DNA of 64,000 nt from NCBI GenBank assembly GCA_964551735.1, contig CAZKEF010000001.1:118167-182166 (forward strand), written 5' to 3'. Source of the stretch: an uncultured Anaerolineales bacterium (GTDB lineage Bacteria; Chloroflexota; Anaerolineae; CG2-30-64-16). Both the position numbers and the translations under genes were made by a program. This document shows positions 51,263 to 59,569 of the stretch, piece by piece (positions within the stretch are counted from its first letter, which is position 1; each line of letters starts with the position of its first letter). The notes under the pieces were generated by a model. That model saw only the letters and a program-made list of their open reading frames with translations. It did no database searches and was not told the origin of the DNA.

Positions 51263-51427
51263 ATGACCATGCTAACCGAAACTGAAAGACTCACAGTCGA
51301 AAGAATCATTCACGATGCCATCGGCTGGGCGTTGACCAAGGACATTGACCGGCTGTTCTCGATCATGGCGCAGGATGCAGATGCACTTTTCGTTCGCGCA
51401 GGACTGAAAAGGAACAGCACCCCATGA
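51263..51427 (+). CDS. short ORF resembling the N-terminal third of an NTF2/SnoaL-like protein (possible truncated remnant)
   Basis: MTMLTETERLTVERIIHDAIGWALTKDIDRLFSIMAQDADALF... then stops after 54 aa. GGAG RBS. Its stop overlaps the start of the next gene. Confidence 0.35.
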   Translation: MTMLTETERLTVERIIHDAIGWALTKDIDRLFSIMAQDADALFVRAGLKRNSTP

Positions 51428-52188
51428 ACTTCTCCATTGAACACCTTCCCAAACTCTATCGCGAACTGGCTGATTGGTGGCCGGTTCTATCCGCCCCCGA
51501 AGAGTATGCTGAGGAAGCTGCATTTTACAAGAAGGCTCTGCGAGCGGCGTGTTCTTTCGAACCCGTGACGCTCCTCGAGTTGGGTTCCGGGGGCGGGAAC
51601 AACGCTTCGCACCTCAAAAGGCATTTCCAGGTGACGCTGGTGGATCTTGCGCCGGGGATGTTGAAAGTCAGCCAGGCGCTGAATCCCGAATGTGAACACC
51701 TCCAGGGCGATATGCGCCAGGTCAGGCTGGGGCGCGAGTTCGACCTGGTATTCATCCACGATGCGATCGTGTACATGACCACCGAGGCTGATCTGCGCCA
51801 GGCCATGCAAACTGCTTACATCCACTGCCGTCCCGGCGGTGCAGTTCTATTCGCCCCTGATCATATCCGGGAGAATTTCAAGACCGCAACCGGCCATGGC
51901 GGCCATGATCGCGACGAGCGCTCCCTGCGCTACCTCGATTGGACGCTGGAACCAGATCCAGACGGCACATACTTATATATCATGGCGTACCTGCTGCGCG
52001 AAGGAAACGGCGCAGTGCGCTGCATCCTCGACCAGCATCGCTGCGGCCTGTTCAGCCGTGTCCAATGGCTCCACTGGATGACCGAGGCCGGGTTCGAGGC
52101 CAGCGCCGTGCCCTTCGTTCACAGCGAAGTCCCGTCCGGGGATTGTGAGATCTTTGTTGGTTGCAAGCCAACCAACGCGAGAATTTAG
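51424..52188 (+). CDS. class I SAM-dependent methyltransferase
   Basis: Motif I LLELGSGGGNNASHL and post-II LVFIHDAIVYM. Confidence 0.85.
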   Translation: MNFSIEHLPKLYRELADWWPVLSAPEEYAEEAAFYKKALRAACSFEPVTLLELGSGGGNNASHLKRHFQVTLVDLAPGMLKVSQALNPECEHLQGDMRQVRLGREFDLVFIHDAIVYMTTEADLRQAMQTAYIHCRPGGAVLFAPDHIRENFKTATGHGGHDRDERSLRYLDWTLEPDPDGTYLYIMAYLLREGNGAVRCILDQHRCGLFSRVQWLHWMTEAGFEASAVPFVHSEVPSGDCEIFVGCKPTNARI

Positions 52189-52202
52189 AGAAGGAGATAA
52201 AT

Positions 52203-53159
52203 GTGGACAAACAAGGCTTTCGCACCATGCTGGAAGGGCGCAAAGTGCCCGCCGACAAGCTGGACGCTGCCCTGGCGTTGGCGGAACGCTTCGAGCAGTA
52301 TGCCGAACAAACGGGCGGCTACTCCACCCAAACGGCCTGGGCATTCTCGAAAATCCTCATCGCCGAAGGGCAAAACAGCGAGGAGAACTTCATCACCCTG
52401 GCGCGCTACGGGCTGTTCACCCGAAATAACACCGTATTCGTGGCCTTCCTCGAAGTGCTGGATGGCGGCGAGGCGCAGGGGAATCTGTACCAGCGGGTGG
52501 CGGAAAGATATGGGGAGGCGCTGCGAGACCAAGTCTTCGCCGGGATCGGGCTGGCGCCCTTCGGCATCCCGACGCCTGAGAAGCCGCGCACCATGCAGCC
52601 GGTGATCGCGCGCCTGGAGCAGGCCCTCGGCCCGGAGGCCTGCCGGACGCTCATCGGCGACAGCCTGCGCGATCTACCGGACGAATACTATATCCAAGAC
52701 CGCGAGCTATACCAATCTTGCCAGGACGTGGACGAATACATTGCCCGCAAAAAGCAGGGGTTCGTCGCCCAGTTGGAAGCCTGCCAGCGCGAGGGACGCC
52801 TCTTCTTCGCCCAGGAAATCACCGATAAGGTGCTGGCGTTCGTGCGGAGCGAGCCGGAGATCGGCGGCGGGGTGCGGGTCGGGGATGTAGTCTACGAGAC
52901 CAAGATCCCCTTCCTGACCAAACAATACCTGGCCGAGACCGACCCGACGTTGAGGCGTTACTACTACTGCCACTGTCCCTGGGCGCGTGAAGCCATCCGC
53001 AGCGGAGAAAAGGTGGCGCCCATCTTCTGCAATTGCAGCGCCGGGTTCCACAAGAGGCCCTGGGAAGCCGCGCTGGGCCAAAAAATCGAGGTGGATGTGC
53101 TCGAATCGGTGCTGGCGGGCGCTGACCGCTGCCGGTTTGCCATCCATCTGCCAGGATAA
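52203..53159 (+). CDS. hypothetical protein with a Cys-rich C-terminal module
   Basis: AAGGAG RBS 6 nt before GTG 52203. The C-terminus YYCHCPWAREAI...IFCNCSAGFHKRPWE...ADRCRFAIHL suggests a metal/cluster-binding fold. Family not confidently recognised. Confidence 0.6.
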   Translation: MDKQGFRTMLEGRKVPADKLDAALALAERFEQYAEQTGGYSTQTAWAFSKILIAEGQNSEENFITLARYGLFTRNNTVFVAFLEVLDGGEAQGNLYQRVAERYGEALRDQVFAGIGLAPFGIPTPEKPRTMQPVIARLEQALGPEACRTLIGDSLRDLPDEYYIQDRELYQSCQDVDEYIARKKQGFVAQLEACQREGRLFFAQEITDKVLAFVRSEPEIGGGVRVGDVVYETKIPFLTKQYLAETDPTLRRYYYCHCPWAREAIRSGEKVAPIFCNCSAGFHKRPWEAALGQKIEVDVLESVLAGADRCRFAIHLPG

Positions 53160-53174
53160 TTCGAGGGAGAGATC

Positions 53175-54089
53175 ATGACCACTCAATGCCATCCCTACCA
53201 CCACACTATCGACTACCAACGCGTGAGCGAGTTTCTCATCGCACATCACCAGCCCGGCAACCGGGACGGCAACTGGCTCGAGCCGGCCTGGGAGTACATG
53301 CACTTTCATCCGGCGTTGGAGGACGCCTGCCTGGGCAAGATTGGGATTTGGGAGGATAGCAGGGAGATCGTGGCCGTGGTCCATCCCGAGTGGCGCCCGG
53401 GCGAGGCGTTCTTCCAATTCCATCCCGCCTGCCGCCATCTGCGCGGCGAGATGCTCGATTACGCGGAAGCCAATCTGGCCGGCACCTTGGAACAGGACGG
53501 CCGCCAATACCTGTGCGCCTTCATCAACGACAACGACGGCGAATTCCTGGCCCTGGCGCGAGCGCGCGGCTACCAACAAGACCCCGAAGGCCTACGGCCA
53601 CTGTACCGCGCCGACATTCCCGACCCCTTCCCCGCGATCCCCCTGGCCGATGGCTTCCGCCTGACCAGCCTGGCCGAGGAGCCTGACTGGGCCAAGGTGC
53701 ACCGCGCGCTCTGGCGCGGGTTCGACCACGAGGGCGAGCCGCCGATGTCCGAGGAAGAGCTTGAGAGCCGCCGCCGGATGTTTGACACCCCGAAGGCGCG
53801 GCGTGACCTAAAGATCGCGGTCGCCGCCTCGGACGGGGAGTTTGTGGCCTTCTGCGGCATGTTCTATGAGCCGGTCGGCCGTTTCGCCTATGTGGAGCCC
53901 GTCGCCACCGACCCGGCCTACCGCCGTCTGGGATTGGGCCGGGCCGCCGTGCTGGAGGGCATCCGCCGCTGCGCTGCACTGGGCGCGACCGCGGCCTATG
54001 TCGGCTCGGATCAGCAATTCTACCGGGCCATCGGGTTCAAGAAGGTGTACAATAGCGAGTGTTGGATCAAACGCTTCGGTGGGGCGTAG
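53175..54089 (+). CDS. GNAT-family N-acetyltransferase
   Basis: VATDPAYRRLGLGRAAVLEGIRRC...FYRAIGF. Confidence 0.85.
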   Translation: MTTQCHPYHHTIDYQRVSEFLIAHHQPGNRDGNWLEPAWEYMHFHPALEDACLGKIGIWEDSREIVAVVHPEWRPGEAFFQFHPACRHLRGEMLDYAEANLAGTLEQDGRQYLCAFINDNDGEFLALARARGYQQDPEGLRPLYRADIPDPFPAIPLADGFRLTSLAEEPDWAKVHRALWRGFDHEGEPPMSEEELESRRRMFDTPKARRDLKIAVAASDGEFVAFCGMFYEPVGRFAYVEPVATDPAYRRLGLGRAAVLEGIRRCAALGATAAYVGSDQQFYRAIGFKKVYNSECWIKRFGGA

Positions 54090-54167
54090 GCCTCTCCGCA
54101 GCCAGCTCGCAGGAGGCCTGCGAATCGTTGATGCTATTTTTTCTGTTTGCAGGCGGTCTGCGACCGC

Positions 54168-54294
54168 CGTTCACCCGGGTATACCGCAAAAGTGTCGGTA
54201 GCATCGGGCCTTGTACCCGCCCCCTGACCGCCAAGACGCCTACGGGGGCCAGGCTACAACCCGCCGATAGTTTTGCGCTATACCCCGTTCACCC
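54168..54294. mobile_element. MITE-like element: 109-bp body with 15-bp terminal inverted repeats, flanked by 9-bp direct repeats
   Basis: Direct repeat CGTTCACCC at 54168..54176 and 54286..54294. TIR GGGTATACCGCAAAA (54177..54191) versus TTTTGCGCTATACCC (54271..54285), 14/15 complementary. Confidence 0.5.
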
Positions 54295-54326
54295 GGATTG
54301 CTGAGACCCTAAGATATGGAGGCGCC

Positions 54327-55081
54327 ATGAAGACCGGTGCTGCTCAATCAGATCTCACGGAACCGCCGGTCGGGGAGGCGAGTCGCGGCCGGACGCTGAT
54401 CACGGCCGGCATCCGCTTCCTCCTGATGCTCGTCGTGCTGTGCGGAGTGCTCTTTCTTGCGGCCGGCACGCTTGACTGGCCCATGGGGTGGGTTTACGTG
54501 GCCGTCACGTTGTTTGGTACGCTTGCCAGCCGGCTGCTGGTGCTGCGGCGCCACCCCGATCTCCTGGCGGAACGCGCCGGTTATGCCCAAAAGCAGGATG
54601 CCAAGCCTTGGGACAGGTTACTGGTGCAGTTCGTCGCAGTCATCGGTCTCATGGCTGCGCAGATCGTGGCGGGTCTCAACTACCGTTTCGCCTGGCCGCC
54701 CGCGATCCCGCTCTGGCTGGCGTTGGCCGGACTGGCGCTGGCGGTGGCCGGTTGGACACTGGGCACATGGGCCATGACCGCCAACCGCTTCTTCTCCGCG
54801 GTGGTGCGCACGCCTTCGGCGAGACCGATCGCGGGCACACGGTGGTGGATGCCGGCCCCTACCTGTGGGTGCGCCATCCCGCGTACGCGGGCGGCGTGAT
54901 CGCTAACCAGGCCGTGCCGCTCATGCTCGGCTCGGCCTGGGCGCTGACCCCCGGCGCGCTGACCGCCGCGCTCACCGTGCTGCGAACGGCGCTGGAGGAT
55001 CGCACGCTGCGCGCCGAGCGCCTCGGCTATGCCGCGTATGCCGAGCGGACGCGCTGGCGGCTGCTGCCGGGGGTGTGGTGA
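54327..55081 (+). pseudogene. ICMT-family membrane methyltransferase interrupted by a frameshift
   Basis: The N-terminal 160 aa are in the frame of ORF 54273..54899. The conserved ETDRGHTVVDAGPYLWVRHPAYAGG...LEDRTL...RLLPGVW is in the frame of ORF 54488..55081. The switch lies within 54810..54820 (11 nt between conserved codons). Confidence 0.65.
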
Positions 55082-55197
55082 GAAAGGCCCCTTGACCGCC
55101 TAACCACGATCGGCCAGCTTGTGTTTTCCCGTAATTGGCGTTAGAAATGGGAGTGTATTCCCAAGATTCACGCGACAGGATTCAGGAAGGAACTCTT

Positions 55198-55995
55198 ATG
55201 GTGCTTGAACTCATCACCAAATTGGAAACCGCCGGGTTACCCGGCGACTTGAGACTCGCGCTGACCGAACTGATCCACGAGCTCGCCCCGCTTTGGCCGG
55301 ACTTGCCCGCGAGGCAACAGCGACGCATCCGGTACAGGCTGGAGCGAGTAATGACCGAAGCCAGCAATCCGGCAACCGACGCCCACTGGTGGCGGGTCTA
55401 CCTCGACCTGGTCGGCCAGATCATCCGGCCGCTCGGGCCGGCCGGCCAGGCGGCGGAGGCAGCCATCGGCCGGCTGATCCCGCGCCTGGAGGCGCACCTC
55501 GGCCCCTACGACGAGGTGACCTTGCAGCCGGTCACGGAAGATACCGTGTGGGGCATCTGCCAACTCAGCGACACGCTCACGGAGCCGCGCAAAGATTTCG
55601 TCGCGCCCAACGCGATCTCGCTGGCCGAGGCGCACTTCAACAAACACGCCTGGTTCCGCGCCATCTATGCCGGCAAAGCCCCGGTCGGTTTCCTGATGAT
55701 CGTGGACGACGCGGAAACGCCGGAGTACTTCCTGTGGCGCTTCATGATCGCGGCGCCGCACCAGGGCCGCGGCTACGGCAGCCAAGCGATCCGACGGCTG
55801 GTGGAATATGTGAAGTCGCGGCCAGGCGCGACCGAGCTCCTGGTGAGCTGCGGCGAGGGCGAGGGCAGCCCGAAGGAATTCTACCTGAAGCAGGGCTTCG
55901 TGCCCACCGGCGAGGTGCTCGACGATGAGACCGTGTTGCGTATCGTGCTGGCATCAGGCGCGGTGAACGTGGGCGAAGCGGTGATATGGGATTGA
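55198..55995 (+). CDS. GNAT-family N-acetyltransferase with an N-terminal helical extension of about 130 aa
   Basis: FMIAAPHQGRGYGSQAIRRLVEYV...EFYLKQGF. The start is uncertain (55198 preferred; 55135 and 55146 are possible). Confidence 0.75.
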   Translation: MVLELITKLETAGLPGDLRLALTELIHELAPLWPDLPARQQRRIRYRLERVMTEASNPATDAHWWRVYLDLVGQIIRPLGPAGQAAEAAIGRLIPRLEAHLGPYDEVTLQPVTEDTVWGICQLSDTLTEPRKDFVAPNAISLAEAHFNKHAWFRAIYAGKAPVGFLMIVDDAETPEYFLWRFMIAAPHQGRGYGSQAIRRLVEYVKSRPGATELLVSCGEGEGSPKEFYLKQGFVPTGEVLDDETVLRIVLASGAVNVGEAVIWD

Positions 55996-55999
55996 TGAC

Positions 56000-57901
56000 A
56001 TGCCCCCCTATACCCTGTTCCTGATCCTGCTGGCCCTGGCCGCCCTGGGCTTCGGCATCTACCGCTGGCGCATCGCCAGCATCGAGAGCCGAAACCGTCA
56101 ACTCGCCCTGGAAGTAGCCGACCGCACCCTGGACATCGCCGTGCAAACAGCCGACCTCGAGGCGCTTTTCAAAGCCGACGAAGAGCTCGAGCGGCACGTG
56201 GACCTCGACCAGGTGCTGCAGGCGCTGGTGGATATCGCAGTGGATCGGCTGCACGCGGATAAGAGCGCGGTGCTGGCGTGGGACGCAAGCCGCCAGCAAC
56301 TGGTCATCCGGGTGGCGCGCAACTTCAGCGCAGAGGCCATCGAACGGATCACCTTTGCCCCGGGCGAGGGGTATGCCGGGCAGGTGATGGCCAACGGCGA
56401 GCCGATCATCGTGCAGGATGCTTCTGTTGGCCTCAAGCACGTGCCGGAACGCCCAGAGGTGGTTGCATCTGTGCTGAGTGAGGACATCCGCTCATTCATG
56501 CACATCCCCATCCGGCTGCCGGCCGAGGGCGGCGCGTCGCATGAGGAGGTCTTCGGCATCTTCAACGTGTGCTACGACGAGACACGGGCCTTCGAGGAAC
56601 GCGATCAGCGTCTTTTCACCGCGCTGGCGCAGCGCGCCGCCCTGGCCGTGCAGAAAGCCCAACACTTCGCCGCAGAACAGCGGCGCGCTGAGCAGTTTCG
56701 CGTCATCAGTGAAGTGGGCCGCAGTCTCGCCTCGATCCTGGACACCGGCGCGCTGCTCACCGAGATCGTGCAGCTCATCCAGCGCACCTTTGGGTACGAC
56801 CATGTGGGGCTGGCGCTGATCGAAGGGAACGAAGCGGTCTATCGGGTGGGCGCCGGAAAGCTTTGGGAGAACCCCGCGTTTGACTTTGCGCCTAACCGCC
56901 TCAAAGTCGGCTCGCTCGCACATGGGTTCGGCGATGGTGAAGGCATTACAGGCTGGGTGGCCGGGAGCGGCGAGCCGCTGCTGGCGCCGGACGTCAGCCA
57001 GGAGCCGCGCTACATCTGGATGCACGGCAGCAATACCCGATCAGAACTCGCTGTGCCGCTGCTGGTGGCCGGCCGCGTGATCGGCGTGCTCGATGCGCAG
57101 AGCGATCGCCTGAACGCTTTCGATGACAGCGATCTGATGGTGATGCAATCGCTGGCAACCCAGGCGGCCATCGCCATCGAGAACGCGCGGTTGTACGAGG
57201 AAGCGCAGCAGGCCGCTGCCTCGCAGGAGCGCGGCCGCCTGGCGCGAGACCTCCACGATGCGGTCACGCAGACCCTCTTCTCCGCCAGCCTGATCGCTGA
57301 GGTGCTGCCCACGTTGTGGGAGAGCGACCCGGTCGAGGGTCGCCAGCTCCTGGGCGAACTGCGCCAGCTCACCCGCGGCGCGCTGGCCGAGATGCGCGCC
57401 CTGTTGTTGGAGCTGCGGCCGGCGGCGCTGGTGGAGGCCAACCTGGGCGACCTCCTCCGCCAACTGGCCGAATCGGTCTCCGGCCGCTCCGGCATCGCAG
57501 TGACGGTCTCGCTGACGGGCTGTCCCGTGCCCGAGCTGCCCGATGATGTCCACGTGGCGCTTTACCGCATCGTCCAGGAGGCGCTGAACAACATCGTCAA
57601 ACACTCAGGCGCAAAGCGCACGGAAGTCATGTTGCGCTGCGCCAGGGGCCGGCGCGGCGATCTGGAAGCCGAGGGCGCGCAAGGTCCGCAAGCGTCTGAC
57701 GAATTTGAGCCGGCTGAGGCGGTCGAGGTGCAGTTGCGGATCACCGATGACGGTCGGGGATTTGACCTGGCGATGGTGGCGCCCGACAGGCTTGGGCTGG
57801 GCATCATCCGTGAGCGCGCGCAGGCCATCGGCGCGACGTTGCGTATCGAAAGCCAGGTGGGCAGCGGAACCCTCGTTGAGGTCGCCTGGCATTCCCCGTA
57901 A
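56000..57901 (+). CDS. sensor histidine kinase (TM, 2x GAF, HisKA_3, HATPase_c), with no adjacent response regulator
   Basis: H-box RLARDLHDAVTQTLFS, N-box QEALNNIVKHS and G-box ITDDGRGF..GLGIIRERA. Paralogue of 13379..15658. Confidence 0.9.
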   Translation: MPPYTLFLILLALAALGFGIYRWRIASIESRNRQLALEVADRTLDIAVQTADLEALFKADEELERHVDLDQVLQALVDIAVDRLHADKSAVLAWDASRQQLVIRVARNFSAEAIERITFAPGEGYAGQVMANGEPIIVQDASVGLKHVPERPEVVASVLSEDIRSFMHIPIRLPAEGGASHEEVFGIFNVCYDETRAFEERDQRLFTALAQRAALAVQKAQHFAAEQRRAEQFRVISEVGRSLASILDTGALLTEIVQLIQRTFGYDHVGLALIEGNEAVYRVGAGKLWENPAFDFAPNRLKVGSLAHGFGDGEGITGWVAGSGEPLLAPDVSQEPRYIWMHGSNTRSELAVPLLVAGRVIGVLDAQSDRLNAFDDSDLMVMQSLATQAAIAIENARLYEEAQQAAASQERGRLARDLHDAVTQTLFSASLIAEVLPTLWESDPVEGRQLLGELRQLTRGALAEMRALLLELRPAALVEANLGDLLRQLAESVSGRSGIAVTVSLTGCPVPELPDDVHVALYRIVQEALNNIVKHSGAKRTEVMLRCARGRRGDLEAEGAQGPQASDEFEPAEAVEVQLRITDDGRGFDLAMVAPDRLGLGIIRERAQAIGATLRIESQVGSGTLVEVAWHSP

Positions 57902-58131
57902 GGCGGCCCACGCCCAGCGAGGGCCTGGGGGAGCTATTCTCATGCCGCACCTGGCGCCACAGACCCTTCGAGCGAAACGCGATGACGGTCAGCTATCAGC
58001 GGTCGGCATTTTTAGAGCAGCGCCCATGTCACGGATGACACAAGCAGGAACGAGAACGGGAACGCGGAGAGCCTGCCCCGTAGTTTTGGGCACGACGCGG
58101 ATACCGCGGACCATGCGGCCAGGGACAGAGT

Positions 58132-59412
58132 TTATCCGCATAGTCCGCGTCGTCCGCGTCCAGTTTTCGGGTTAGCGCGGCCGTAGATCCGGCCCCGTTT
58201 CACCACAGTCACCACTGCGTTGTTCCCCAGCCGGTAGATCACATCTTCGAACACCGGCACATCCCAGACCTGGAGGTCGGCCAGCTTGCCTGGCGCCAGC
58301 ACACCCCGGTCGTCCAGCCCCAACGCCTGCGCACCGCCGACGGTTGATGCCAGCAGCGCCGCCTCGGGCGAGAAGCGGTAGAGCCGGCAGGCAAGCTGCA
58401 TCACGAGCTGCAGGGACTCGGCCCAGCACGCCGGGCACAGGTCGGTCGCCAGCGCCAGCGTCAGCCCCTGGCCGGCCAGCATGGGGGCGTCGAAGGGACG
58501 GCTGTGCGCCACGGCCCAGTCCAGCGCGGGCATCACCACGCCCACGACGCTCGCCGCGGCCAGCGCCCGCGCCGCCGCGGGTTCGGCGTAATTCAGGTGA
58601 TCGGCCGAGACGACGCCCAGCTCCGCGGCCAGGTACGCGCCGCCGATGTCGGAATAGGCGTCGGTGTGGATCTTGGGCCGCAACCCGGCCGCGCGGCCCG
58701 CCTCCAGGATGCGCCGCGACTCGGCCACGGTGTAGTAACCGTCGTCGCAGTAGACGTCGCAGAACTCGGCCAGGCCGCGCTCAGCCACGGCCGGAATCAT
58801 CTCGTGGATGATCTGGTCAATGTAACGTGCGCGCGAGAGCTCCGGCGGGAAGTCGTGCGCACCGAGGAAGGTGTTGACCACGTCAGCCGGCCCCAGCGCG
58901 CCCAACCGCCGGCCGACTTCGAGCATGCGCAGTTCATCGGCCACGTTCAGGCCGTAGCCGCTCTTGATCTCGACCGTGGTCGTGCCGGCGCGGAACATCC
59001 CTTGCAGCCGCGCGGCCGCGGACCCCACCAGCTCTTCGGTGGATGCGGCGCGCGTCATGCTCACCGTGGCCTGGATGCCGGTCGGGATGCCCAGCGCCCG
59101 CACTTCGGCCGCGCTGCGGGTCATCCGCGCGGCATACTCCTGGGCGCGCGAGCCACCGAAGACCAAATGGGTGTGACTGTCCACGAAGCCGGGCGCTATC
59201 ACCTGGCCCGTCGCATCCAGCACACGGGCGTGCGAGGTATCCACCTGCGCGGCGACCTCGGCCTGTGTCCCCACAGCCAGGATGCACTCGCCCGCGACCG
59301 CCACCGCGCCATCGAGGATGCGGCCGATGGGGTCGTCCCCGCGCGGGATGCAGGTCAGCACCGTGCCGCCGCGGATCAACAGGTCGGCTTGTGGTTTCGG
59401 CTCGTGTGTCAT
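58132..59412 (-). CDS. hutI: imidazolonepropionase
   Basis: PGFVDSHTHLVFGGSR...; GGGAAG RBS before ATG 59412. The ORF-track N-terminal extension runs through repeat sequence. Confidence 0.92.
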   Translation of the reverse strand: MTHEPKPQADLLIRGGTVLTCIPRGDDPIGRILDGAVAVAGECILAVGTQAEVAAQVDTSHARVLDATGQVIAPGFVDSHTHLVFGGSRAQEYAARMTRSAAEVRALGIPTGIQATVSMTRAASTEELVGSAAARLQGMFRAGTTTVEIKSGYGLNVADELRMLEVGRRLGALGPADVVNTFLGAHDFPPELSRARYIDQIIHEMIPAVAERGLAEFCDVYCDDGYYTVAESRRILEAGRAAGLRPKIHTDAYSDIGGAYLAAELGVVSADHLNYAEPAAARALAAASVVGVVMPALDWAVAHSRPFDAPMLAGQGLTLALATDLCPACWAESLQLVMQLACRLYRFSPEAALLASTVGGAQALGLDDRGVLAPGKLADLQVWDVPVFEDVIYRLGNNAVVTVVKRGRIYGRANPKTGRGRRGLCG

Positions 59413-59428
59413 CTTCCCTCGCTCTCCC

Positions 59429-59452
59429 GGCGACTGGAAGTCGCTGCTACCT
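59429..59452 (+). repeat. R2 repeat, copy a (GGCGACTGGAAGTCGCTGCTACCT)
   Basis: 23/24 identical to the reverse complement of 62415..62438. Confidence 0.8.
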
Positions 59453-59531
59453 TTGCGAAGTCCACCTCCGTGGACTATCTCAGTCGGTGCAGACCGACGG
59501 CTCGACTGAGCTCGCCGAAGTCTTCGCAAGG
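59450..59531. repeat. nested hairpin element in the hutU-hutI spacer
   Basis: Outer stem CCTTTGCGAAG (59450..59460) / CTTCGCAAGGG (59521..59531). Inner stem CTCAGTCG (59479..59486) / CGACTGAG (59503..59510), enclosing GTCGGT..ACCGAC. Confidence 0.6.
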
Positions 59532-59569
59532 GTCGCCGCGGTTTCAACCGCCGGGCCAAGCTGACGCGC

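Noticed and set aside
57902-58131. 230-nt convergent gap between the orphan kinase and hutI as a possible ncRNA
   Set aside because: It contains only short hexad/heptad-like runs (GAACGAGAACGGGAACGCGG; GGACGCGGACGACGCGGAC, the latter lying just inside the 3' end of hutI). There is no promoter-terminator pair or stable conserved-looking fold that I could support.
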